A DNA stretch of 64,000 nucleotides from Candidatus Bipolaricaulis sp. (GCA_028713635.1 JAQTNX010000001.1:2281-66280), one strand, 5' to 3'; counted from the stretch's first letter, positions 19,278 through 27,868 are shown. Notes: a model not told the origin generated them from the letters alone. Program-made: numbers and translations.

Positions 19278-19958
19278 ATGACGATCATCCGTGCAGAATA
19301 CTCAGGTGACCATCGTGACGTTGCCATTATCTCTGATCGTCACGGTCAGCCAAACGTGGCGGCTCTGCAGAACGCATTAGGGCCTAATGAAGGCCTCTAC
19401 AAGACGCTTCTCCTTGGGCCTGAGGTTGCCATTGGGATGGCAGGAGACGGTCGTCTGTGCAACCTCATTCTCGCAGAAGCGCTGGGCCTCCCGGAATCCC
19501 AGGAACCAAGCTTGATCTCCTCGCTGGTTTCCGGTGAGGACCGGCTGTTCTTGTCGTTTCCGGATGCCGCGCATGCGTTCGAGCAAGCAGCGTCAGTAGT
19601 AGTGGCCAGGAAGCGCCCGCCGCTTGCGGTAGACTCCACAGCAATACTTGTCGGGAGACTCAACGGCCGTCCTGTGATTGCCGAGTTGAGTCGGACTACC
19701 AAGTGGCGCTTTGTCCATGTAATGGAGCGGCCCGCGTACTGCATACCGGAAGGAATGACAGACAGTGATTTGCTGCTCTACAAGAGCTACGTTACGAGAC
19801 CCGGTCTTGACTACATTGCATCGCTGAAAGCAGCTGTCGAGTTCTGCGCAGACCGCTATGAGTCTGTCAATCATCGCTACGTGCTCCGGTGTTTGAAGGA
19901 TGGATTCCGGCGCGAGGAGGGCGAGGTCCCACAGGGTGCTTCGTTGCCTAGCAGCTAG
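19278..19958 (+). CDS. Hypothetical protein, low-GC island cargo
   Basis: Codon and GC usage shifts at the ATG at 19278. No recognisable motifs. 3' end overlaps the transposase stop by 11 bp. Confidence 0.4.
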   Translation: MTIIRAEYSGDHRDVAIISDRHGQPNVAALQNALGPNEGLYKTLLLGPEVAIGMAGDGRLCNLILAEALGLPESQEPSLISSLVSGEDRLFLSFPDAAHAFEQAASVVVARKRPPLAVDSTAILVGRLNGRPVIAELSRTTKWRFVHVMERPAYCIPEGMTDSDLLLYKSYVTRPGLDYIASLKAAVEFCADRYESVNHRYVLRCLKDGFRREEGEVPQGASLPSS

Positions 19959-20877
19959 CCAGCACGAGATCCATCATCTGCCCCTTCTCTCTTCGATGCG
20001 AGTACCGGAACGAGAATTCGTCAAGGTAGGACTGCAAGAGCTTCGCGCTGACGTGATGGAACTGACCTACGAGCCCGCGCTTCAGTAGCGACCAAGCATT
20101 CTCAACGTAATTGGTATGGGCTTCCCCGTTTGTCCACTGTCGAGCATGGGTGACAGGCATACTGCTTCCGAGCATCCACATGCGGTTGAAGGAACGAGCG
20201 GCGTCTGTGTAGATGCGCCGCACCGTTCCGAAGTTCTTCTGACAGACGCGGACAATCTCCATGGTGTCGAGCGTCTGTAGGATCTGCATCTGCAAGGCTC
20301 CACTGTCACGCGACACCATACCTAGGACATTCGTGCTTGGGGCAATGCGCCCACCATGCGTGGATTGCCCGCCGTCCGTCTTGATGACGCCGATGTCGGC
20401 CTCAACGATGCCACACAGCTTGTTCTCGAAGATGTCGTGCTTCATGGCCTTGCGAATGCGCTTGGCGAGATACCAAGCGGTCTCGTAGCAGACTCCTAGC
20501 TCACGCTCGATCTGCTTGGCCGAGATCCCTTTCGGGCTGTGGCACATGAGCCATATCGCGACGAACCAGCGGGGCAAGTCAATCTTCGAGCGGTGGAAGA
20601 TGGTGCCACTTGTAACGCTGAAATGATGCTTGCAAGCGGCGCACTCCCAGAGACGCTGGTTCTTGAGCCAGTAGACGTGCTTCTCGCCGCACTTCGGGCA
20701 CGTCACCCCATCCGGCCAACGCATCGCAACAAGGTGCTTCTCGCACTTGACTCGCGTCGAGAACTCCCGCCGTGCTTGTTCCAAGGATTTGATCTCGCTC
20801 GTATCCATGATAACCTCCAATGGAACGAGCATAGCACGATTGGTGCCCTAAGGCAAGCCGATAAACACCCGCCTCTT
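19930..20877 (-). mobile_element. IS1595-family insertion sequence, copy 1 (boundaries approximate)
   Basis: Transposase CDS plus flanks conserved with copy 2. The upstream (higher-coordinate) end reads ...gccgataaacacccgcctcttg in both copies. Confidence 0.65.
19948..20808 (-). CDS. IS1595-family transposase (N-terminal Zn-ribbon + DDE domain)
   Basis: CPKCGEKHVYWLKNQRLWECAACKHHF zinc ribbon; DDE core. About 93% aa identity to the second copy. Confidence 0.85.
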   Translation of the reverse strand: MDTSEIKSLEQARREFSTRVKCEKHLVAMRWPDGVTCPKCGEKHVYWLKNQRLWECAACKHHFSVTSGTIFHRSKIDLPRWFVAIWLMCHSPKGISAKQIERELGVCYETAWYLAKRIRKAMKHDIFENKLCGIVEADIGVIKTDGGQSTHGGRIAPSTNVLGMVSRDSGALQMQILQTLDTMEIVRVCQKNFGTVRRIYTDAARSFNRMWMLGSSMPVTHARQWTNGEAHTNYVENAWSLLKRGLVGQFHHVSAKLLQSYLDEFSFRYSHRREKGQMMDLVLASC

Positions 20878-21031
20878 GGCGTTTATCGGGATGGCTTAGG
20901 AGGGGAGGATGAGGGGCGATTTCGTTGAGAGCATTGGTCTAATGGTGGCGCTGGCGCGCCGTGGCGAGCTAGAGTGCCACTCAGATTACGCCGGGATTCA
21001 CATCATTCTGTGTGGCGAGGAAGCCGGAGTG

Positions 21032-21412
21032 CTATCCCTCAGTGATAGGCCCGACGTGAAACGCCAACTCGATGGGACCAGGATATCCGTCTTGCTTGGC
21101 GACAGCCGAGAGAAGTTTGGCTGACACTTCTCCACGGACGTATGTGGCTCTCTTGCTTACGAGAATCGCGCTCTTGAAAACGCTTGATGGCTGTTCGATC
21201 CCATCAGCCAACTCGATGTTGATGATCGAGCCAAGGTCGAGCGCTCTAAGGCCGGAGCAGAGATCATCCTTGTGCGGGGAGTTCTCTACCGTGAGAACGA
21301 GCACTAATCCAGACACGTCTGTATCGAACTTGATCTCATCTCGCGACATAGATCCGCTACGTTCCCAGCCCTTAGCGGATACCGTGACTCCGACGGTTTC
21401 ATACAATGCCAT
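21032..21412 (-). CDS. Hypothetical protein (126 aa)
   Basis: ATG 21412 with gaggagg RBS. Balanced amino-acid composition. Confidence 0.5.
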   Translation of the reverse strand: MALYETVGVTVSAKGWERSGSMSRDEIKFDTDVSGLVLVLTVENSPHKDDLCSGLRALDLGSIINIELADGIEQPSSVFKSAILVSKRATYVRGEVSAKLLSAVAKQDGYPGPIELAFHVGPITEG

Positions 21413-21557
21413 CTCGTGCCTCCTCGATACTGAGGATAGCGGAGAAAGGATTCGAGAGGCAACAGGGAATTGGGAGTTCGGATGAGGAGGCTGCTCGACA
21501 TCGGAAGACTGCCGCTCTATACTTCGAAACTGTTCAAGGAGTTGCGAGGAGGCGGAC

Positions 21558-21836
21558 GTGGCAGAGGGCACAAGGACTCTCATCCAAGGCCCGGAAGGGA
21601 AGCTGCTCCAGGCGGAGGATCTAGGATTCAAGCAGGTATCCGAAGGCTGGAGCGTCTACGAAGTAGCGGACGGCACGACGCTTCGCGTCAAGGTCGTTGC
21701 ACAGAAGATATCGCGCGCATTAGACGAGACGGGAAGTCTCTATCACAAGGGCGACGGCGAGCCTCTCTACAACCTCCGGTACCAGGTAATGGTGTCTGCC
21801 GAGGTGCAGAAGGATCTGCTAAAGGCCCCCCAATGA
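21558..21836 (+). CDS. Hypothetical protein (92 aa)
   Basis: GTG 21558 six nt after gaggagg. Divergent from the 126-aa gene. Confidence 0.45.
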   Translation: MAEGTRTLIQGPEGKLLQAEDLGFKQVSEGWSVYEVADGTTLRVKVVAQKISRALDETGSLYHKGDGEPLYNLRYQVMVSAEVQKDLLKAPQ

Positions 21837-22174
21837 GCGGATGTGCGCTAACGATCAATGGGAATGCTCTTTCAGGCATCGGCTACGGGCATGTAACTAC
21901 GCGGAACGTAGCAGATGACGCCGACCGCCCAGAAGATCGTCACACCACCGACACATACCTGGCGTATTCTGGTTTGTCAGCAGTGGGAGACGAGGTGACA
22001 GTGGGAATGGAGACCAGAGCACGAAGCAAGGCAGCGACACTCTTCCTGCGTGTTGCTATGACGTTGCGCATCATGGCGCACATTGCAGTCTATGCGTTCC
22101 GTCACCCACTCACTGAGGGCGTTGTGGACCTAGAGACGGGTGAGGTCTACCCAAGAGCAAATGCCAAGGCATAA
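21833..22174 (+). CDS. Hypothetical protein (113 aa), translationally coupled
   Basis: ATGA overlap with the upstream stop at 21833-21836. Confidence 0.35.
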   Translation: MSGCALTINGNALSGIGYGHVTTRNVADDADRPEDRHTTDTYLAYSGLSAVGDEVTVGMETRARSKAATLFLRVAMTLRIMAHIAVYAFRHPLTEGVVDLETGEVYPRANAKA

Positions 22175-22382
22175 GCAGAACGTACTCCCAGTGCGATTCC
22201 TCGTTGCGCTTCTCGTCCTCGGCGGTTTGGTTGTGGCTTTTCTCGTTCCGTGGCTCATCCTAAACACGATGTGGGCTGACCCGACGCCATCGCAGAGTAG
22301 TTGCCTAACAACGCTGACTCACATGATGGTGTCTTCCGCTGGAGCTTTTGTCGGTCTGCTAACCAGCAAGGCTGTGCTCTAG
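22161..22382 (+). CDS. Small membrane protein (73 aa)
   Basis: Two hydrophobic helices (FLVALLVLGGLVVAFLVPWLIL; SSAGAFVGLL). Overlaps the previous stop. Confidence 0.3.
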   Translation: MPRHKQNVLPVRFLVALLVLGGLVVAFLVPWLILNTMWADPTPSQSSCLTTLTHMMVSSAGAFVGLLTSKAVL

Positions 22383-22394
22383 TCCATATCGAGC

Positions 22395-23337
22395 AGGCTA
22401 TGCACGACAGCTACGCAGTACCGCATCCATCAGTCTTCCCTTCTCCCTTCTGTGGGAGTATCGGAACGAAAACTCGTCAAGATAGGTCTGCAATAGCTTC
22501 GCGCTGACGTGGTGGAACTGTCCGAGGAGCCCGCGCTTGAATAGGCTCCATGCGTTTTCGACATAGTTCGTGTGCGCCTCTCCGTTCACCCAATGCCGTG
22601 CATGGGTAACGGGCATTTGATTCCCGACCATCCACAGTCGGTTGAACGACCGAGCGGCGTCCGTGTAGATCCGCCGCACCGTTCCGAAGTTCTTCTGGCA
22701 GACGCGGACGATTTCCATGGTGTCGAGCGTCTGTAGAATCTGCATCTGCAACGCCCCGCTGTCTCGCGACACCATACCCAGGACGTTCGTGCTTGGGGCA
22801 ATGCGCCCACCGTGCGTGGACTGCCCACCGTCCGTCTTGATGACGCCGATGTCGGCCTCCACGATCCCGCACAGTTTGTTCTCGAAGATGTCGTGCTTCA
22901 TGGCCCTGCGGATGCGCTTGGCGAGATACCAAGCTGTCTCGTAGCAGACGCCTAGCTCGCGCTCGATCTGCTTGGCCGAGATCCCCTTCGGACTGTGGCA
23001 CATAAGCCATATGGCGACGAACCAGCGGGGCAGGTCGATCTTGGAACGATGGAAGATCGTGCCGGAAGTGACGGAGAAATGGTGCTTGCAGGAAGCGCAC
23101 TCCCAGAGACGCTGATTCTTGAGCCAGTAGTTGTGTGTCGCCCCGCACTTCGGGCACGTCACTCCGTCCGGCCAGCGCATGGCGACAAGGTGCTTCTCGC
23201 ACTTGACTCGTGTCGAGAACTCCCGCCGTGCTTGCTCCAAGGATTTGATCTCGCTCGTGTCCATGATAACCTCCAATGGAACAAGCATAGCACGATCCGT
23301 GGCCTAAGTCAAGCCGATAAACGCCCGCCTCTTGACA
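22395..23337 (-). mobile_element. IS1595-family insertion sequence, copy 2 (boundaries approximate)
   Basis: About 85-90% nucleotide identity to copy 1 including flanks. Ends at ...cccgcctcttg(aca). Confidence 0.65.
22398..23264 (-). CDS. IS1595-family transposase, second copy
   Basis: Same Zn-ribbon/DDE organisation (CPKCGATHNYW...CASCKHHF). Confidence 0.85.
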   Translation of the reverse strand: MDTSEIKSLEQARREFSTRVKCEKHLVAMRWPDGVTCPKCGATHNYWLKNQRLWECASCKHHFSVTSGTIFHRSKIDLPRWFVAIWLMCHSPKGISAKQIERELGVCYETAWYLAKRIRRAMKHDIFENKLCGIVEADIGVIKTDGGQSTHGGRIAPSTNVLGMVSRDSGALQMQILQTLDTMEIVRVCQKNFGTVRRIYTDAARSFNRLWMVGNQMPVTHARHWVNGEAHTNYVENAWSLFKRGLLGQFHHVSAKLLQTYLDEFSFRYSHRREKGRLMDAVLRSCRA

Positions 23338-23359
23338 GCAGCCAGTGTTGTAGTATACT
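23332..23359 (+). promoter_or_regulatory. Candidate sigma70-type promoter TTGACA-16 nt-TATACT for the GntR operon; -35 overlaps the IS end and the mRNA would be leaderless
   Basis: ttgaca at 23332-23337, tatact at 23354-23359, GntR ATG at 23368 with no SD. Confidence 0.4.
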
Positions 23360-23367
23360 AATACACT

Positions 23368-23745
23368 ATGACCATCGAGTGCACCTGGCCGATCGATATG
23401 AACGCGGGTCCGATCTTCGTTCAAATCGCGAACCAAGTTCGTCAGAAGTTGGCGCGCGGGGAGATCGTTCCAGGGGACAGGCTCCCGAGCGCCCGCGACC
23501 TGGCCGCGGGGCTCGGCGTGAATCCGAACACGGTCGTGCACGCGTTCGCCGAACTGGAAAGGACAAGCGTGATCGAAACAAGACGAGGACTGGGGACCTT
23601 CGTTCGTGAGGACGCCCCGGTGGCGGCGATGCGCCGCGACATGCTCCTTGCAGCGGCGGCGGCGTTCGCGGCCGACGCTGCGGCGCTCGGCGTGTCAACG
23701 TCCGAGGCGCTTGCTGCTCTGAAGGAGGCACTGCATGCTGGCTAG
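23368..23745 (+). CDS. GntR-family transcriptional regulator (short, YhcF-like)
   Basis: HTH segment LPSARDLAAGLGVNPNTVVHAFAELE. Confidence 0.8.
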   Translation: MTIECTWPIDMNAGPIFVQIANQVRQKLARGEIVPGDRLPSARDLAAGLGVNPNTVVHAFAELERTSVIETRRGLGTFVREDAPVAAMRRDMLLAAAAAFAADAAALGVSTSEALAALKEALHAG

Positions 23746-24415
23746 TCTCAATCGTGCGACCAAGCAGTACGGCCGGACGGAGGGGGTGCGCGACCTTACG
23801 GTGGAGTTCCCTCCGGGGGAGGTAGTCGGCGTGCTCGGGCTGAACGGCTCGGGGAAGTCGACGATGCTCAAGCTCCTCGCCGGCCTCCTGTTCCCGACCT
23901 CGGGGGACGTGGCGGTCTTCGACGGACCGGCCCGCGCCCAACGTTCCCACGTCGTGTACCTCGGCGAGACCGACGCCTTGTGGAGTTGGATGACCCCTGA
24001 CGACGCGGCGACGTTCATGGCGGGGCTCTACGACGACTTCGACGTGAAACGCTTCCGTGAGCTGCTCGCGAGTCTCGCGGTCCCGCGGCGGCGGACGAAG
24101 GCGATGTCCAAAGGGGAACGTGGCCGACTGCGTCTCGCCATGGCGCTTGCTCGTGACGCGAAGCTCTACTTGCTCGACGAGCCGCTTGGCGGGATCGACC
24201 TCTTGTCGCGGGAGAAGATCTTGCAGTCGATCGTTCAGGAGTGGCACACCGACGAGACGGTTCTGCTCTCGACCCACGAGGTTGCGGAGGCAGAGGGATT
24301 GTTTGAGCGGGTCATCTACCTGCGCGAAGGGCGCATTGCCCTCGACGCGACGGCGGAGCGGCTGCGGGAGCGGGGGAAGAGCGTTGTGCAGACGTACCGG
24401 GAGGTGCTTGGATGA
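23735..24415 (+). CDS. ABC transporter ATP-binding protein
   Basis: Walker A GLNGSGKST, signature and Walker B LLDEP. Confidence 0.85.
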   Translation: MLASLNRATKQYGRTEGVRDLTVEFPPGEVVGVLGLNGSGKSTMLKLLAGLLFPTSGDVAVFDGPARAQRSHVVYLGETDALWSWMTPDDAATFMAGLYDDFDVKRFRELLASLAVPRRRTKAMSKGERGRLRLAMALARDAKLYLLDEPLGGIDLLSREKILQSIVQEWHTDETVLLSTHEVAEAEGLFERVIYLREGRIALDATAERLRERGKSVVQTYREVLG

Positions 24416-25185
24416 AGGGGCTCAAGGCTCTCCTCTGGCTCGAGTTCCGGCGTAGCGGGGTCTGGGCGGCGACTCTGGTCGGCTCGCTCGCGTTCTGGGC
24501 GTGGGGTCTCTTCCAGGTTCGCCTCGTCGAGACGGCCGAACAGCTTGAGGTCCGCGCCATCCTTCTGGTGCTGGCGGCGGCCATCGGAGCGGTCGTCCTC
24601 GCGCTGATGATTGGACGGATCCGTTCGGAAACCCGCGGCGGGCAATTCCAGGTGCTGCTCTTGACGCCTCCCTCCGGCTACGTCCACATCGCGGCCCGCT
24701 ACGGGTTTGCTGTGGCGACGGCCGCCGTCTACTACGTGATCCTCGGCGGGCTGGCGTGGTGGACGATCGCGATGGCGGGAATCGCGCTCGACGCAGGGAG
24801 CATCGCTCAGTTGACCCTTGCCGTGCCGTTCTACGGCCTGGGAGTCACGGTCATGCCGCTCCTCGCGTGGACCCTTCTGCTCATGGTCTTTATCGCCGCG
24901 TACCGCGTCTCGGGGCCCGGATGGATTCCCGGAACGGTGATGGTCCTCGGGACGCCGTTCGCGTTGCGTTGGCTGATTGAGGGGATCGCGCGCGTCTCGT
25001 TCCGGCTTCCGGGTTGGCACCTGTTCGGCGGGTTGGAGGGCGCGATGCGCCGGGCGGCGGAGCAGTCCGACGGGGAGTTCGCTCCGATCGCGATGCTGCC
25101 CCAGGAACCTTTGTGGATCATGCTTGCCGTCACGGTCGTCCTCTTGGCGATCGCCGGCCGGATCTGGCAGGAGGTGGAGGGATGA
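24412..25185 (+). CDS. ABC-2-type membrane permease
   Basis: Six TM segments, coupled (ATGA) to the ATPase gene. Confidence 0.6.
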   Translation: MKGLKALLWLEFRRSGVWAATLVGSLAFWAWGLFQVRLVETAEQLEVRAILLVLAAAIGAVVLALMIGRIRSETRGGQFQVLLLTPPSGYVHIAARYGFAVATAAVYYVILGGLAWWTIAMAGIALDAGSIAQLTLAVPFYGLGVTVMPLLAWTLLLMVFIAAYRVSGPGWIPGTVMVLGTPFALRWLIEGIARVSFRLPGWHLFGGLEGAMRRAAEQSDGEFAPIAMLPQEPLWIMLAVTVVLLAIAGRIWQEVEG

Positions 25186-25343
25186 CCCAAGCGTTTCTGA
25201 TCGTCGTACGAGCCCTCCTCGTGGGATTGGTCGGGTTCTGGGCGTATCGGCTCTGGACGGGAACGAGGAGCTGGACGACCCGTTTCGTGGGCGCGTTCTT
25301 CTCTGCGACGCTCCTGTGGCAGATCGTGGCGGGTACACTGTGA
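25182..25343 (+). CDS. Small membrane protein (53 aa)
   Basis: ATGA overlap with upstream stop; RBS caggaggtggagg; two TM segments. Confidence 0.4.
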   Translation: MTQAFLIVVRALLVGLVGFWAYRLWTGTRSWTTRFVGAFFSATLLWQIVAGTL

Positions 25344-25371
25344 CGGACTGCACGAATCGAGCGAGGGGCGA

Positions 25372-26109
25372 ATGAACGAGTCGTGGGGAGCTCTTTGGAT
25401 TCCGTGGACCCTCTTCCTTGCCGGCGCGATCGCGATCACGTCCATGGGCGTCGCGAAGCTCTGGGCCCGCCGGCACGAGCGAGCGACGAACTCGCTCGTC
25501 ACCCACGGGCTGATGGCGATCCTGTCGGTTGCCGCCATCGCCGGTCTCTCCCAGGGGCGGTTCGAAGCGTTCGGCTTCACGGTCGGGACGTTCCGATGGA
25601 GCTTCCTCTTGCTCCTTTGGACGATCCCGTCGGCGGTGCTGACACTGCCACGGCTCGCGGGACGGGGCGGGGGACCTCCGGCGACGCCGTTCGGGCTCTC
25701 TCCGGCGCAGACCGTCGTCCGCGTCTGGGTGGTCGCGAGCATCGCGGAGGAGATCCTCACGCGCGGGCTGATTCAGAGCTCCCTGGGAGTTCTGTCGGAC
25801 GTCGGGTTCTCGGTCGGAGCGCACTTCCTCAGCCTTCCGGTGCTGACCGGCGCGCTCGCGTTCTCGGCGATGCACCTCGTTCTCTTGAAGCGGATCGGGG
25901 CGAAGGCCGCACCGGTTCTCGTCGTCGCGTTCCTTCTCGGATGCATCGCAGGCGTCTATCGCGAGACGACGGGGAGCCTGATCCCCGCCGTGCTCGTACA
26001 CATGCTGTTCAACGTCGGCGGCGCCGTCCCGCTCTGGGTGGCGGGTGCCGTCCGGGCGCGCCGCGCAACGCGGGCGCCCCGGGCCGGGGACCGTGGGGAG
26101 GGTGGATGA
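25372..26109 (+). CDS. CPBP-family intramembrane metalloprotease (CAAX protease/bacteriocin-processing type)
   Basis: Motifs EEILTRG, FSAMH, HMLFN. Confidence 0.75.
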   Translation: MNESWGALWIPWTLFLAGAIAITSMGVAKLWARRHERATNSLVTHGLMAILSVAAIAGLSQGRFEAFGFTVGTFRWSFLLLLWTIPSAVLTLPRLAGRGGGPPATPFGLSPAQTVVRVWVVASIAEEILTRGLIQSSLGVLSDVGFSVGAHFLSLPVLTGALAFSAMHLVLLKRIGAKAAPVLVVAFLLGCIAGVYRETTGSLIPAVLVHMLFNVGGAVPLWVAGAVRARRATRAPRAGDRGEGG

Positions 26110-27026
26110 TGACTCGAAGACTTCTCGGAAGAGCGATCGCGCTCGGCGCCTTCGCGTTGGTTCTGGCAGGAGCGGCGGGGTGCGACGTCGATGACCTCTT
26201 CGGGCCCCGCATTGAGAGCACGGCTGTCCGGACGGTGTCGTTCGCGGCCAGTCCCAACCTGATCGTGGATGCCGGGAGCGCCAACGGGGCGATCGCCGTC
26301 CGCCGGGTGGAAGGGCAGACGGCCGTTCAAGTCCAGATGACGCTTCGGTCGCGCGGGACGACGCTCGAGGACGCCAACGCTCGCCTCGCGAGAATCGTCG
26401 CCCGCGCCGAGCAGGAGGGCGATCGCATCGTTCTTCGCTACGTCGCCGCCGAGCAGGACGACGACGTTCGCCGATCGAGCGGCGTGGCGTTCGACGTGAC
26501 GCTCCCGGAAGCCGCCGGGGTGCAGGCGGTGACTTCGAATGGAGCGATCCGCGTTGCCGGAGTTCGCGGCGACCTCGACCTTGCTACGTCCAACGGAGAG
26601 GTCGTTGTCGAGCAGTACGCCGGCGACGTGAAGGCCCGAACCTCGAACGGGCAGATTCTCATCGACCGAGGAGAGGGCGCGCTCCTTCTCGAAACCTCGA
26701 ACGGGCAGATCCAGATCGCCCATGTCGCAGCCCGCGTGGACGCCGAGACGTCGAACGGGGAGATCACGTTCTCCGGGCGGCTCTTCGATGGAGCGCACCG
26801 CCTCGTGACAAGCAACGGCCACATCGGCGTTCGCGTTCCGGACACGGCGGCGATTCGGGTCGTAGCACAGACCCACAACGCCAGCATCTCGTCGAGTCTA
26901 CCGCTGGTGGGAGATACGGAAGGTCGCAGTTGGGATGCGGTTCTCAACGCCCCGGCGGCGGCCACGCTCACCGTGGAGACATCGAACGGTGCGATCGACT
27001 TCGGGATCCTATCGAAGGTAGAGTGA
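26106..27026 (+). CDS. DUF4097 (LiaG/YvlB-like) beta-propeller lipoprotein
   Basis: ATGATGA overlap. Lipoprotein signal LAGAAGC. Repeated TSNGxI blocks. Confidence 0.7.
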   Translation: MMTRRLLGRAIALGAFALVLAGAAGCDVDDLFGPRIESTAVRTVSFAASPNLIVDAGSANGAIAVRRVEGQTAVQVQMTLRSRGTTLEDANARLARIVARAEQEGDRIVLRYVAAEQDDDVRRSSGVAFDVTLPEAAGVQAVTSNGAIRVAGVRGDLDLATSNGEVVVEQYAGDVKARTSNGQILIDRGEGALLLETSNGQIQIAHVAARVDAETSNGEITFSGRLFDGAHRLVTSNGHIGVRVPDTAAIRVVAQTHNASISSSLPLVGDTEGRSWDAVLNAPAAATLTVETSNGAIDFGILSKVE

Positions 27027-27195
27027 ATCTGTGGGGCAGCGTGATCCCCATCACCGACACGAGCGAACGTCCGGTGCACAATGAGGGGCTGGTAAGCCTC
27101 TACATCTCTGGTGCGGCTGCGGGGTTCTGGCCTGCGGCCGCCTTCTTCTGGGAGCCTTGCCTGGGATGGCCTCTCTCCGCTATGGGTGAGAACAC

Positions 27196-27777
27196 GTGAC
27201 GTTGCAGCGTGATCACCTTCCTCCGACGCCCGGCGCGCGCATCAACGTCGTCGGCACATGTGGATCAGGCAAGACGACCGTCGCGAAGAGCCTCGCGGGG
27301 CTTCTTGGCTTTCCTCACGTGGAGTTGGACGCGCTCTTCTGGCGCTCCGGCTGGGGAGAGGCAACAGACCCTGAGCTGCGAGCAGCTGTGGGTGAAGCCG
27401 CGACGGGCGACGCGTGGGTGATCGATGGGAACTACAGCCGGGTTCGCGACCTCATCTGGCCCCGCGCCGACACCATTGTCTGGCTTGACTACTCGTTCCT
27501 GCGCGTCTTCTCCCGGCTCCTCGCGAGGACGATCCGGCGGGCCGTTCTCCGCGAGCCGCTCTGGCACGGGAATCGCGAGAGCCTTCGGACGTCCTTCCTG
27601 TCACGGGAGTCCATTCTCCTTTGGGCCGTGAAAACCCATTGGCGGCGCCGACGGCAGTACCGGGCCCTGCTTGCGGACCCGACCAGCCCGCACCCGAAGG
27701 TCATCCGATTGCGCTCTCCCCGGGAGGCGGAGCGATGGCTTCGGCGCATCGCGGCGTCCGACCTTCCTCTTCCATAG
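27196..27777 (+). CDS. P-loop NTPase, adenylate-kinase-like/topology-modulation-type AAA kinase
   Basis: Walker A VVGTCGSGKTT; GTG start with ggtgag RBS. Confidence 0.6.
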   Translation: MTLQRDHLPPTPGARINVVGTCGSGKTTVAKSLAGLLGFPHVELDALFWRSGWGEATDPELRAAVGEAATGDAWVIDGNYSRVRDLIWPRADTIVWLDYSFLRVFSRLLARTIRRAVLREPLWHGNRESLRTSFLSRESILLWAVKTHWRRRRQYRALLADPTSPHPKVIRLRSPREAERWLRRIAASDLPLP

Positions 27778-27837
27778 GTCAGGTCGCGCAGTGGACTTCC
27801 GCGGTCGCTGTTTCCGTCCGCACTCAAGACCGGTCCA

Positions 27838-27868
27838 TTGACTCCCGTGCCCCTTTCCCGCTAAATTG
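27838..27868 (+). promoter_or_regulatory. Sigma70-like promoter for the amino-acid ABC operon (TTGACT-17-CTAAAT)
   Basis: ttgact at 27838-27843, ctaaat at 27861-27866, then aaggaggtg RBS and ATG 27892. Confidence 0.45.

Noticed and set aside
24316-26001. 561-aa minus-strand ORF, and many similar long ORFs (for example 41541-44402, 45791-48202, 10952-12460, 12360-13700, 31314-32564, 58447-59892)
   Set aside because: They are antisense or alternate-frame to well-supported genes, extremely Arg/Pro/Gly-rich and low in complexity, and lack RBSs. They are typical open-frame artefacts of about 70% GC DNA.
25383-26105. N-terminal 240 codons of the 547-aa ORF
   Set aside because: This is an alternate frame of the CPBP gene. 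The real DUF4097 gene starts at ATG 26106 with a lipoprotein signal.
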